Source: Octopus bimaculoides (Eukaryota). From it: 63,573 nt of DNA. Location of the stretch: contig NC_068981.1 in NCBI RefSeq assembly GCF_001194135.2, positions 189,683,186 to 189,746,758 of the forward strand, read 5' to 3'. How positions within the stretch are numbered: position 1 is the stretch's first letter; every line of letters begins with the position of its first letter. Of the stretch, positions 23,391-35,327 are shown piece by piece. Made by a program: the position numbers and the translations under genes. The notes under the pieces are model-generated. The model saw only the letters and a list, made by a program, of their open reading frames with translations, made no database searches and had not been told where the DNA came from.

Positions 23391-23959
23391 CAGATAGATA
23401 GATAGTTAGATAGATAGACAGACAAATGGATAGATGGATAGATAGATAGTTGGATGGATAGCTATAAATACAGTTAAATGCATCAGCATTTTCTGTTGTA
23501 AATTAATGCAAATTTTTTTTTGATAAATAAACATTGAACATTAAATAATGGGATTATAACACTTTTTTTTTTGTTGATGAAGTGTATTTTCTTACTGGTT
23601 TACATTTACTGGTTAATGAAATCAAGGAACATCAGAAAATTCTTGAAATAAAATAAGCCAAAAATGGAATTTTGAAATTTCATTATTTTATTATGGTAGA
23701 AATTATATAAATTGTCTTAGGTTCGAGGCAGAGAAGGAGAGAAAGAGAGAGGGGGGAGAATGAGAGGGATGAGGGGAGGGTAATTTATTTTGCAGAACTT
23801 CAACAGTCAAAACTTGAAGTGTGACGAAGAACATTATGAATTTGTAATGTCTGAAAGATAATACAAAAAGAAGAAAAAGAATGAAATTGCTTGATTCATT
23901 CGTACAAAATTTCTGTGAATCAGATTTGCATTGTTATTCACTTGTCTTTTTTATTATCT

Positions 23960-24200
23960 TCTATCTTTTTTCTCTTTTACTTGTTTCAGACATTAGACTG
24001 TGCCCATGCTGGGGCACCACCTTGGAGAATTCTTAGCTGAATAAATCGAATCCCCGATACTTATTGCTTTAAAGCCTGGCACATATTCTCTCTGTTTCTT
24101 TCGCTGAGCCACTAAGTTATGGGGATGTAAACACACCAACAACGGTTGTGAAGTGGCAGTGACAGGCAAACACAGACACGAAAACACACACACATAGATA
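23960..24200 (-). mobile_element. SINE A 3' half
   Basis: Reverse complement of the A tail. Confidence 0.7.
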
Positions 24201-24221
24201 TATAAATATATGCATACATGT

Positions 24222-24256
24222 ATCTATCTATCTATCTATCTATCTGTGTGTCTGTG

Positions 24257-24290
<34 letters not shown>

Positions 24291-24390
24291 TCTACCTATC
24301 TATCTGCCTCTCTGTCTGTCTGTCTGCCGGCCTGTCTGTCTATCTGCCTGTTTGCCTGCCTGCCTGTCTGTCTGCTTATCTATCTATCTA
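24222..24390. repeat. (TCTA)/(TCTG)/(CCTG) compound microsatellite
   Basis: Direct reading. Confidence 0.95.
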
Positions 24391-24536
24391 TATACAATGA
24401 CGATTTATATCCCTTCAATTAGGGCAATGAGATCATACAAACGTTAAAGATGCAGAAAAGCAGACAGAAAGAAGGAATAGGAACAATTAAACTAATTATG
24501 ATCCAACATTGCCATATACCATATTTACGGTCTTAC

Positions 24537-24612
24537 GAGCGATCTTTAGAACTTCTGTGTAGTTCTTAAGCTGTAAACATCTTAAGGTAGAAGTTAAACC
24601 TCCTTCAAGAAA
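24537..24612 (-). CDS. Candidate exon 2 (FLEGGLTSTLRCLQLKNYTEVLKIA), phase 0 to 1
   Basis: Acceptor cttcgttttcaAG, donor GTAAGA, 76 nt open, phases fit both sides. Confidence 0.6.
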
Positions 24613-24981
24613 CTTGAAAACGAAGTCCATGGATTTTAAATCATTAATCACATCACCATTGTCGTCGTCATCGTCATCATAATTGCCACCATCATCAATA
24701 TTGTAACAGATCCATAATAAAGACTGGACAAACATTGTTAGAAATGGCAAATTGATTGTAACATTAGATCAGAGACCTCAGTGTGATATGGCTACTTGAT
24801 ATGAACTGACTCAAGGCAAACCATTGGCCGCAGCAACAACAACGGCAACAATAGAAATCATCTACATTTACACTATAATGAAGAAAACTGCTTATTACTT
24901 AAGTATGTAACAATTACATACAATCGGGGATCGAGCGATCGGAGGGCGTTTATTCATTATTATTATTTCCGTTACACATAC

Positions 24982-25035
24982 CATTATGTCTTTGTCCAAC
25001 CCACAGCTTCTTTTTCGTCTATGTAAGGCCGTCAT
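24982..25035 (-). CDS. Candidate first coding exon (MTALHRRKRSCGLDKDIM), phase-0 end
   Basis: gccATG context, donor ATG|GTATGT, 369-nt intron to the next exon, about 550 nt from the promoter motifs. Confidence 0.55.
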
Positions 25036-25566
25036 GGCCAATGAAATGGAATAAAGTATATAACAATTACTAAAAGTACTAAAAGAAAGCAATTATCTAA
25101 GGGTTGACCTTCTGGAAATATTTTTATAAATTCATTTTCTAAGAAATTTCCTATAATTTCGATTTCTCAAGTTAATTGAATTTTTTAATATTCATTGCAT
25201 TCACTGCATCCAATTCTTCACAAATTTAAATATTCATTGCATTCTTTGCGGACTATTCAATTTTTATTTGCAAAGTCTCGCTTTCTCTTTTAATGTTTTC
25301 ATTTCAAGTTTTAATTCACTATTTGGAAAACTGACAGTTTATTTTGTTAATGTATACGTAATGTAAAAACGTTATTTATTAAATGAAAGGATCTTTTCTG
25401 TTTGGTTGCCAGCGGTGCAAACATCAATTTTCTGTTCGAATTGATTTCATATTCAGTGTAATGACACACTTTTATAAGCTGATTAATGACTTGAAAGTAA
25501 TTTTCGCCATAAATCAATAAATAAAGAATTATTAGTAATTAAAGTTTGAAAATTTGGGGTAATTTT

Positions 25567-25693
25567 AGCCAATCGTAAGCCACAGGCACATTCATGACTG
25601 TTTCGATAGTAACAAGCGGACACATGAGAACTCTTTTGCCTGTTGCCATAGTAACAGTTTCTGAAAAGTCTTTTATTTGCGAGGAAGCACGTG
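25567..25693. promoter_or_regulatory. Promoter-like cluster: CCAAT box, two RFX X-box motifs, E-box
   Basis: AGCCAATCG near 25568; GTTTCGATAGTAAC 25600-25613; GTTGCCATAGTAAC 25642-25655; CACGTG 25688-25693; CpGs retained. Confidence 0.6.
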
Positions 25694-26254
25694 TTGAGAA
25701 ATGTTTGTTTACTCGTTTCTTTTTGTCACTGAGCATTGAAGTGGTTGTGAGGTGTGCTAAAAATAACAGCTAAATAAGATTTGTTTGATAAATCTGTTAA
25801 ATTAAAGTTTATTTGCCAACATCTCGCTCAGAGATTTAAAACTAACTGTTTTTTTCTCTTTTAAAGTAACATGAACATTTATTTACAGAAAATTACCAGA
25901 GAACTTTCATTTAATTCTACAACAGACGTTAAACATTAAACGATGTAATTAATTCAAAAATGCTGCAAAACCTTGTTCCAAGTTTGTTATCCTTATATAT
26001 AGATATAAGACTTTTTCATTTATTTACTTCTCAAAATCTTCCTTAATATGACTTCCTTCCATTTAATAATATGTTGTTTATATTTTTCTAGATCACAAGA
26101 TGATTAAATAAATGCACATCAGGTTTGCTTGTGTGTTTAAGAATGTTGCTTGGCAACTGTATGGTCCTGGATTCGATACCACAATGTAGTACGTTGGGTA
26201 TGTCTGCCTATACCACTTCCAGCATCCCTGCTACTTTTGAAATCTGGCCTGTCG

Positions 26255-26640
26255 TCGTCATCATCATCCTTTAACGTCTGTTTTCCATGCCTGCATAGAT
26301 TGGATGGTCTGACAGGAGCTGGTATGGCCTGGGACCACACTCAGGCTCCGTAGTCTGTTTTCGCATGTTTTCTACAGCTTGATGTCCTTCTCAATGCCAA
26401 CCACTTTCTAGCCTCTAAGGGGTGCTTTTTATGTGGCACCAACACCAGTGATTTTTACAAGGCACCAGCACCAGTGTTTTTATGTAGCACCAACACCAAC
26501 AGGGCCACCAAATAACTTGCAAGACAAAAACCTCTTCAGCTGGAAAGAAGGAGTAACAGTGAGGGTGGTGGTGGCTTTGTTTCAGTTATGAGAGATTAGA
26601 GATTTAAAGGGACAAGAGTAGGCATCTTGCTGTAGAGAAT
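26255..26640 (-). mobile_element. Diverged C-related LINE 3' UTR variant with GCACCAxCACCA subrepeats
   Basis: TTTAACGTCTGTTTTCCATGC tail; subrepeats like those at 5066-5414. Confidence 0.6.
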
Positions 26641-26685
26641 AAAGAAAGTGGGGTGAGTTAGAGAGTAATATTGTGGACATTAAAG

Positions 26686-26905
26686 AGGGTGGTGAGCTGG
26701 TAGGATTGTTAGCATGCTGGACGAAATGCTTGGTGGTATTTCATCCATCTTTATGGTTTCACTTGAAATGTTGCCGAGGTCGACTTTGCCGTTCATCCTT
26801 TTTGGGGGTTGATAAAATAAGTACCAGTTGAGTACTGGGGTCGATGTAATCAACGTAGCCACCTCCTCCGAAATTGCTGGCCTTGTGCCAAAATGTGAAA
26901 TGATA
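26686..26905 (+). mobile_element. SINE B (tail type 2)
   Basis: Family motifs. Confidence 0.8.
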
Positions 26906-26977
26906 TTGTATATATGAACTTCTTTGTTTTATTTCAGTAAAAATTAATCTCAGAGTTGAAGCAATAAAAATTATGTT

Positions 26978-27410
26978 GAAAGCGGCGAGCTGGCAGAAAC
27001 ATTAGCATGCCAGGTGACATGCTTAGCGGTATTTCGTCTGCCGTTACGTTCTGGGTTCAAATTCGGCCGAGGTTGACTTTGCCTTTCATCCTTTTGGGGT
27101 CGATTAAATAAGTACCAGTTATGCACTGGGGTAAATATAATCGACTTAATACGTTTGTCTGTCCTTGTTTGTACCCTCTGTGTGTAGCCCCTTGTGGGTA
27201 GTAAAGAAATAAGAAACGTTATCACGCTGAGCAAAATGCTTAGCAGTATTTTGTCTGTCTTTATGTTCTGAGTTCAAATTCCACCGAGGTCGACTTTGCC
27301 TTTCATCCTTTCAGGGTCGATAAATTAAGTACCAGTTGCATACTGGAGTCGATCTAATCGGCTGGTTCCCTCCCTGCAAAATTTTGGGCCTTGTGCCTAG
27401 AACAGAAAAG
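26978..27410 (+). mobile_element. SINE B1 followed by a head-less B2 (nested or dimer)
   Basis: The B1 tail AAGAAATAAGAAAC continues directly into GTTATCACGCTGAGCAAAATGC. Confidence 0.85.
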
Positions 27411-29434
27411 AGTAAAAATAATGTTGATTAATTCTCAAAAACCCCCCAAAAAAAAAATTAAATTTAATAAATATATATATATATTATTGTAAAAAGCCAG
27501 TGTTATATAAAGAACTGTACAGAGAAGAATAGAAAAATTACCAAAACATATTTCAGTAAAAAAAAAAAATATATATATGTATATATTAAAGAGGTTAGCA
27601 TAGGATGAAAAAAAATCTTGTCAATCTTTACAAATTTAATACATTTCTTATGTCTGTTATAAAACCAGGAGAACAAAATCATGATGCCTATTCCTATTAT
27701 ATTGATGTCCAATAATTGTTAAAATTTGCTGTATTTAGAAAATATTTTTGCATTAAATATTATTTTGGGAAGCAGTCTATTTGAAAATGAAACAGCTGAC
27801 AATAGCAGCTATGCAAATTGCACTCCTGCTAACTATAAACTATTTCATTTTACATCGTATTTCCTCTGGGAATTTTGTATGTTGAACTGGTAAAATCTGT
27901 CTTTGATACAATAATATAATAATATTTTTCCCCCATAAAGTTGTACCTTGTGTTAAAAGTTTCCATTTTAATGTATAATCTAAGGTTAATTCTATGATGA
28001 AATATATTTTTATCATTGTCATTCTTCCAAATTTTAAAAATATTCCTTTCTGCATAATTTTAATTTATCACAAAACTGATATTGCATAGCTCAAAAGTTT
28101 ATTATTGAAATATTTCCATTGAATTTATCATTTCATGTGTATTTCTGCTATTGTTTATTACTTATTTTTACTTTTTATTGTACCTATGACAGAAACAACA
28201 TTTTGTAATATTGTAATGAATCAGTGAAAACAAAATTACAGAAACTACGATCCTATATAGAAAATATGAAAAGTATAAGAGATCATAAAATGAAGGTGTT
28301 TATACTCAAGAGACTCAGCTTGCTGGGTACTATAATGGAAATTTTTTATTTGGTCGAGAAAAGAACCAGAGAAAACATATTAAAAGAACAATTGTTTGCC
28401 AGCAATTTGGAAGCTAATAGCAAATATCTTCCTAATTACACTTTGTTACAAATGGACCAATGAAATATTAAGGCAATAAAATGCTTCCAATTTATAATGG
28501 GTTTTATTTCAAAAATATGATATTTGTGCATGCGACTTAGTTATATAAACCAGCAATGGAGTCTCTGTGTAGTCATTTAAACTGCTAGAAATAGCACCCA
28601 AATCTACCTGAAGTTCTAAAATCACATTCTACCGTCTTAAAATGCAAAGACATATTGCATAATGTAGTCCTAGATATACTATGGCAAAAATGCTAGAATG
28701 ATTATGATCATAGGTCTACTCCATGAGGATCTTCTTAGGGCTAGCAGCAGCAGCAACAAAGGCTGTTGCTGCTGCTGCTGCTATTACTACTACTACTGCT
28801 GCTACTACTATTACTACTACTGCTGCTGCTGCTACTACATAAGGTAACATGAATAACGCAAAGCATGTTTCTTCCAGTGCTTTAACAATTCTGTTAGATT
28901 ACTGCCATAAAATTGCCATTCAATAAAGAGGGATTTCTTAGAAGCACTGAATCACATATTTTGAGGGGGGAGTATATGGAATCTATGAAATTGTCCCCAG
29001 AATTTCATTTGTATTATTTGTTAGAAAGATCAAAGACAGAAATGAACTTTAGACTCGGCTCAACTCCCAACACAGAAGACTGTATGTAAATTCTGTAAAA
29101 TATGTTTTTCCTGGTGCTCTTCTAAGTAATTCTAACAATCCACCCACCATTTTTGCCAAGCCACCACCACCACCACCACCACTGCTGCTGCCACCACTGC
29201 TACTACTACAATGTTTGTATACATTAAATAAATACATAAATAAATAAATAATGATGACTTAATTTATTACTCAATAAAACTGGTATTTCATGGATATAGA
29301 TGCATGTTTATATAACAAAACAGAACGTGATAAAATCTTTTGTTATTCTAATTGAACCAAATGTTAAAATTATGAATTTTTATAAATAATTTGTATAGAT
29401 TTTTTTTATATGAATGGATGTGATGAAAGGTTTT

Positions 29435-30137
29435 CATCATAATCATTATCATCGTTTAACGTCTGCTTTCCATGCTGGGATGGGTTAGACGATTTGACTG
29501 AGGACTGGCAAGACAGGAGGCCACATCAGGCACCAGTCTGATCTGGCAAAGTTTCTACAGCTGGATGCTTTTCCTAACGCCAACCACTCCGAGAGTGTAG
29601 TGGGTGCTTTTTACATGCCACCGGTGCAGGAGCCAGTCAGGCGGCACTGTCGTTGATTGCGCTCGAATGGTACTCTTTACATGCCACTGGCACGGAACCA
29701 GTCAGCTGGTACTGGCACCAACCATGCTCAAATGGTGCTTTTCACATGCCACTGGCACAGGTGCCAATCGGGTAGTACTGTCATCAGCCACAACAGCAAC
29801 TTCACTTAACTCAACAGGTCTTCACAAGCGCAGTTTATTGCTCAATGATTAAAGGGTACTCTTAAATGGACCAGTTATGCTGCACTGGCATAGATCACGA
29901 TTATGGTCTCACTTGGTTTGCCGGGTCTTCTCAAGCACAGCATATCTCCAAAGGTCTCGGTCACTTGTCATCGTCTCGGTGAGGCCTAACATTCAAAGGT
30001 TGTGCTTCACCACCTTATCTGAGGTCTTCCTGGGTCTACCTCTTCCACAGGTTCCCTCTCCTGCTAGAGTGTGACACTTTTTCACACAGCTGTCCTCATC
30101 CATACACAACACATGACCATACCAGCGCAGTAGTCTC
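29435..30137 (-). mobile_element. RTE-clade LINE 3' end: ORF C-terminus (29909-30137) plus C-type 3' UTR
   Basis: RLLRWYGHVLCMDEDSCVKK...GRGRPRKT...DRDLWRYAVLEKTRQTK* is contiguous with repeat C. Confidence 0.85.
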
Positions 30138-30424
30138 TCTTGCACACCACATCTACTGCTTGGTTTTCCTTAGTATCTTTACTTATGGATGGCGTTCCAA
30201 CCCTGACTATTCCATTACAAACAGTGAGGAATTTATATTCGTAGCACGATTAAAGAATAAGTTAACATATCGATACCTCAACTTGATATTGTATCATGTG
30301 GACGAATAAATTCAATCAATTATTGAAAAGATGGAATGAGGAGAGAAGAATTGACTGGATTTCTGATATAGATCTAAGTTATAGGTTGATCTTTAGAAGA
30401 ACTAACTCGTAGTATAATTGGTCA

Positions 30425-31475
30425 AGAATGGGTCTGTGGTATGAAGCTTGTTTCCCAACCACATGGTTTCAGATTCAGTCTCACTGTGGTACCTTGGGCA
30501 AGTGTCTTCCACTAACCTTGGGCTAACCAAAGCCTTGCGAGTGGATTTGGTAGACAGAAACAGAAAGAAGCCCGTCGTATATTTATGTATATATNNNNNN
30601 NNNNNNNNNNNNNNNNNNNNNNNNNNNNNNNNNNNNNNNNNNNNNNNNNNNNNNNNNNNNNNNNNNNNNNNNNNNNNNNNNNNNNNNNNNNNNNNNNNNN
30701 NNNNNNNNNNNNNNNNNNNNNNNNNNNNNNNNNNNNNNNNNNNNNNNNNNNNNNNNNNNNNNNNNNNNNNNNNNNNNNNNNNNNNNNNNNNNNNNNNNNN
30801 NNNNNNNNNNNNNNNNNNNNNNNNNNNNNNNNNNNNNNNNNNNNNNNNNNNNNNNNNNNNNNNNNNNNNNNNNNNNNNNNNNNNNNNNNNNNNNNNNNNN
30901 NNNNNNNNNNNNNNNNNNNNNNNNNNNNNNNNNNNNNNNNNNNNNNNNNNNNNNNNNNNNNNNNNNNNNNNNNNNNNNNNNNNNNNNNNNNNNNNNNNNN
31001 NNNNNNNNNNNNNNNNNNNNNTATATATATATATATGTTGATGTATATGTTTGTGTGTTTGTGGTTGTCTCCCAACCATCGCTTGACAACCGATGTTGAT
31101 GTGTTTATACCCCCGTAACTTAGCAGTTCGGCAAAGGAAACTGATGGAATAAGTACTAGGATTACAAAGAATAAGTTCTGGGTCATTTTGTCTAACTAAA
31201 GGCAGTGGTGCTCCAGCATGGCTGCAGTCAAATGACTGAAACAAGTAAAAGAATGTGTTCGTGTGCGTGTGTTTGTCCCACACCATCTCTTGACAACTGG
31301 TGTTGGTGTGTTTACATCTCCCTAACTTAGCAGTTTGGCAAAAGAAACTGATAGAATAAATACCAGGCTTACAAAGAATAAGTACTGGGGTCGATTTCTT
31401 TGACTAAAAATTCAAGGTGGGGCTCCAGCATGGCCACAGTCTAATGAGTGAAACAAGTAAAAGAATAAAAGAACA
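30425..31475 (+). mobile_element. SINE A spanning a gap, followed by a second A 3' half
   Basis: Family motifs; tail repeated at 31260-31475. Confidence 0.8.
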
Positions 31476-32849
31476 TAAAACTAGAAACATCGTAAAATGA
31501 GTCGGGAAAGAGGTTCGGATTGAAAGAAAGAATAATAAATGAGTAAGGAGAAATACTTCCAACTAAAATAGTAGATATTGGGGAAAAAATTATAAGATAA
31601 CATGGAATAAAAGATATCAGGAATGAACTGAAATAACATGTCAGAAGAAGAAGAAGCTAGAAGGGTTAAATGGACTCTAAACCATTGTTAGAAAATGATA
31701 AGAGGTGTTGCGTGTGTGGTAGTCGTGGTGGTGTCATGGTAGCTGCTGTTGTTTTTGCTGGTGAATAAAAATACATTTCTAAGGCTGCGTGAAGAAGTAA
31801 CTAATAATACTAGTGAACAATTAGCAGAAGATTTAATCACTAACAGACGATTTAAGAACATTAACAGAAGATTTAAGCACATAGTTTTTAACAAATACTA
31901 ACAGTGGCAATGATACACCAGGAGAGACATACTACTGGGATAAATGATAAATTAATTGATGTAGCCATCTGTGCCTCGTCCATCGCAACTGGAAAATAAT
32001 TGTGCTATATTTGTGATAATGAAAATTCTGATTACCATCTGCCATCTGTCTTAATTGACAGGAATTGAAGACGAGAATGGAGATAGCCGCAGCTGCGTCA
32101 ACATTCTGTGATTATTGTCAAAAAATCATCTTTATATATAGGGCACAAGGAGAAAGTTCTAGAAAATCAAATTACATGATGGTTTGACAATGAATGGCTG
32201 CTTAACCCATTGCTTGCCATGAGCCCCATTTGAGGATCTGCTAAAACAGTCTCTCTGCCGGTTGTTTGTTGTATTTGAATTAAATTGCTTATGTACATTA
32301 AATTTGCAGAGATGTGTTTAACGATATTTAGTAGTTAAACTTTGCCATTATTAGCTCTGGCTAATTCTAGAGGACGTTTTATGTTATAAATCACAATTTT
32401 TGAATGACAAAAATATTGACTGTTTTGAAAACGTTTTTCTTTGCATTTCCCATCAATATCTCGCATCTGATACTATAGTTTAAAAAAAAAAACTAAAATG
32501 TTTATTATTGGAATTGAATAGAAAAGGATGAATATGCTTTTATTCTCAGTGATACCCTTTTGGGACTTTTTGAAAAATTTATCATAATTTCCAAAATAAT
32601 TAACCTATGAAGAAAATTTAAATACCATATATAATTTTAACTCCTAAGACCCTGGCAAAACTAAAAATTATGAATAAAAAAGTTTGGCAGTTAATAGGTT
32701 AATAGACCAATCATGTAAAACTACTGTAGTTTGGTCATAATGTCTGCTAGGGTACCTTGCAATTCGGTTTTGAATCACCACTACAGAAATGAATGTGAGG
32801 TTGTGAGTGAGATTTTATACATGGCAAATGTGTTGAAGCTTTTGTAGAT

Positions 32850-33395
32850 ATGTGTGAATTTTAGTGACCGAGACCTTTGGCGATATGCTGTGCTTGTGAG
32901 GACCCGTCAAGCCAAGTGAAACCGTAGTCGTGGTATGTATAAAGCACCTTTCAAGCATTGGGCCTCACGGAGGCAATGACAAATGACCAAGACCTTTTGG
33001 CAATATACCATGTTTGAGTAGAAGACCCATCAAGCCAAGTGAAACCGTAGTCATGGCTGATGCTGGTGTTACATAACTGGCACCCATGCTGATGGCACGT
33101 CGAGTGTTGGGCCTCATGGAGGCACTGATCAAGACGTAAGAAGAAAACCCTTCAAGCTGAGCAATATCTCAGTTGTGGCAGGTACCAGTGTCATGCAAAT
33201 GGCACCTGTGCTGGTGGCATGTAAAAGCACCCATTACACTCTCGGAGTGGGTGGTGTTAGGAAGGGCATCTAGCTATAGAAAACCATGCCTAATCTGTTG
33301 GAGTCTGGAGCAGCCTCCCGGCGTGCCAGCCCAGTTAAACCGTCCAACTCATGCCAGCATGGACAACTGACATTAAAAGATGATGATGATGATGA
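32850..33395 (+). mobile_element. RTE LINE 3' end with duplicated ORF terminus and C-type UTR
   Basis: GACCGAGACCTTTGGCGATATGCTGTGCTT occurs twice; (GAT)n tail. Confidence 0.8.
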
Positions 33396-34578
33396 TGTAT
33401 ATATAAATTAAAATATGGTCTTGAAACAGCATTAGATGAAAAGACTAGTGTGCATAACATTTATAATAGGGGCAGGGGACACAATCAGAAAATGGTAGGA
33501 ACAAAAACAAAAGCCAAGAAGAAGTCAAACTCCTTGTGAGATTGTCTCCCATACCCCGGGCTAGTTTTGTCTGACCAATGTTTTTTCCTTGTTAAGTTCT
33601 CTTTGGTTTTTTTCTCTGCATGTATGTACATTTTTTACTTTAATATTGTAACTTTTTTCAAACATAGTCTTGCCTATCACTTTTTAGCCTCGTGTAAAAT
33701 ATATATACATATATTTTTTCCTTTTTCAATATTAATATGTATATGTATAACTCTCTAGTGTTTTTCTGCTAGTCCACCTGTTACGTTATATTCTACTATA
33801 CCCAAGTGGCCCTGTTTATTATACTTTGTCTCTAGCTGTTACCATTTTTTTAAACATACTTGTTAGCTTTTCATTCTTATTCATATGCTATAGTTTACCG
33901 CACATATAGACATGCATACACTTTGATATGTCTGTCTTTTTTCCCCTTTCGTCTCTCTTACAATTACTGTGATTTTTCCCCTTTTAAAACTTCCTTGCAT
34001 ATATCTGATTTTTTTCCGTATTACCCCATTTGTATTCTCCCATTTTGTATCTAATTTACTTTATTTTATTAAACTTTTTTTGATGTCCTTACAAAAATCC
34101 CTCACACTGATGAAAATGACAATGCATTAATTTAATTGTAATTGCTATGGTTATAATTTTTTTCTTACATATTTGTATTGTCCTTTGAAACGTGCATATG
34201 TATTGAATCCTATTTTGTATTAAATCTAATTTTGATTCAACATCTTTTTCTCCTTCATTTTTCTATAATTGTTCATGGTATATTTATACCTATAACGATA
34301 TTTTTCAACTACTATTTTCATATTCTTATTACTTGCTCTGGCTGATTTTTATGAATATGATGAATCTTTATTAGAAATCATTCTTTCTCCCTTTTCGGAC
34401 CTCTCAAAAATTTGAATTGTTCTCTTTTGAACTTATTTTTTCCCTATATATGTATGTATGTATGTATACACACACGACGGGCTTCTTTCAGTTTCTCTCT
34501 ACAAAATCCACCCACAAGGTTTTGGTCTGCCCAAAAGGCGTTAAATGATGATGATGATGATGATGATGATGATGTTAA

Positions 34579-34619
<41 letters not shown>

Positions 34620-34649
34620 CACACACAACACACATACATATTTTTTTCT

Positions 34650-34850
34650 ACTCTAGGCACAAGGCAAGAAATTTTTGCAGAGGGAGCCAGTTGATTAGAT
34701 CGACCTCAGTATGTAACTGGTACTTAATTTATCAACCCTGAAAGGATGAAAGGCAAAGTCGACCTCGGTGGAATTTGAACTCAGAACATAAAGACAGATG
34801 AAATACTGCCAAGTATTTTGCCTGGCGTGCTAACGTTTCTGCCAGCTCAC
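34650..34850 (-). mobile_element. SINE B (tail type 2)
   Basis: Family motifs. Confidence 0.8.
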
Positions 34851-35021
34851 TATCTTTATATATATATACATATTAATACTTTGCATGTGCTACATCCTCA
34901 CACTTGTTTTTTCTTGTCTTTTTCTCCCTTTATTGAATTATATATATATGTGTGTGTGTATATGTATACATATATATATATTCGTTTTGCAAGATTTTTG
35001 ATGTGAATTTGTTTGTCAAGA

Positions 35022-35310
35022 CAGATATTGCTATATTTGGGGACGGTCATGTTGCCAGTTTAGCCAATGAGAACACACGCACTGTATATTTGGTGTTCAC
35101 TTGCTTCATACAAAATGGCAGATCATTAGTAAGGAGAGACACAAAATAGGAAGAAGAAAGCAAAGGACCACTGATGAGGTCAGAGAAGTGTGATGAAAGA
35201 ACTCTGGCCAAAATACAATTAATATAAAATAAAGCTGAAGCAAATATATAGTGAGCGTGCTTTTATTGGCTAAACTGGCAACATGACCCTCCCCAAATAC
35301 AACAATATAT
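35022..35310. mobile_element. Inverted-repeat element with a hammerhead-like motif in the spacer (Penelope-like)
   Basis: Arms of about 70 bp (35022-35092 and 35240-35310); GGACCA-CTGATGA...GAAAGAACTC-TGGCC at 35165-35209. Confidence 0.6.
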
Positions 35311-35327
35311 ATATTTAATATAATATA

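Noticed and set aside
24537-25035. Assigning the symbol GEMIN4
   Set aside because: Based on short resemblances to a remembered sequence with no alignment statistics; kept as a hypothesis only.
24900-25740. Gypsy/copia gag-integrase remnant
   Set aside because: Only vague motif echoes; the same DNA is better explained by a spliceable first exon and promoter motifs.
28224-28463. 79-aa Lys/Glu-rich ORF
   Set aside because: The nearby strong acceptor at 28192 is closed by stops in all three frames, and no domain was recognised.
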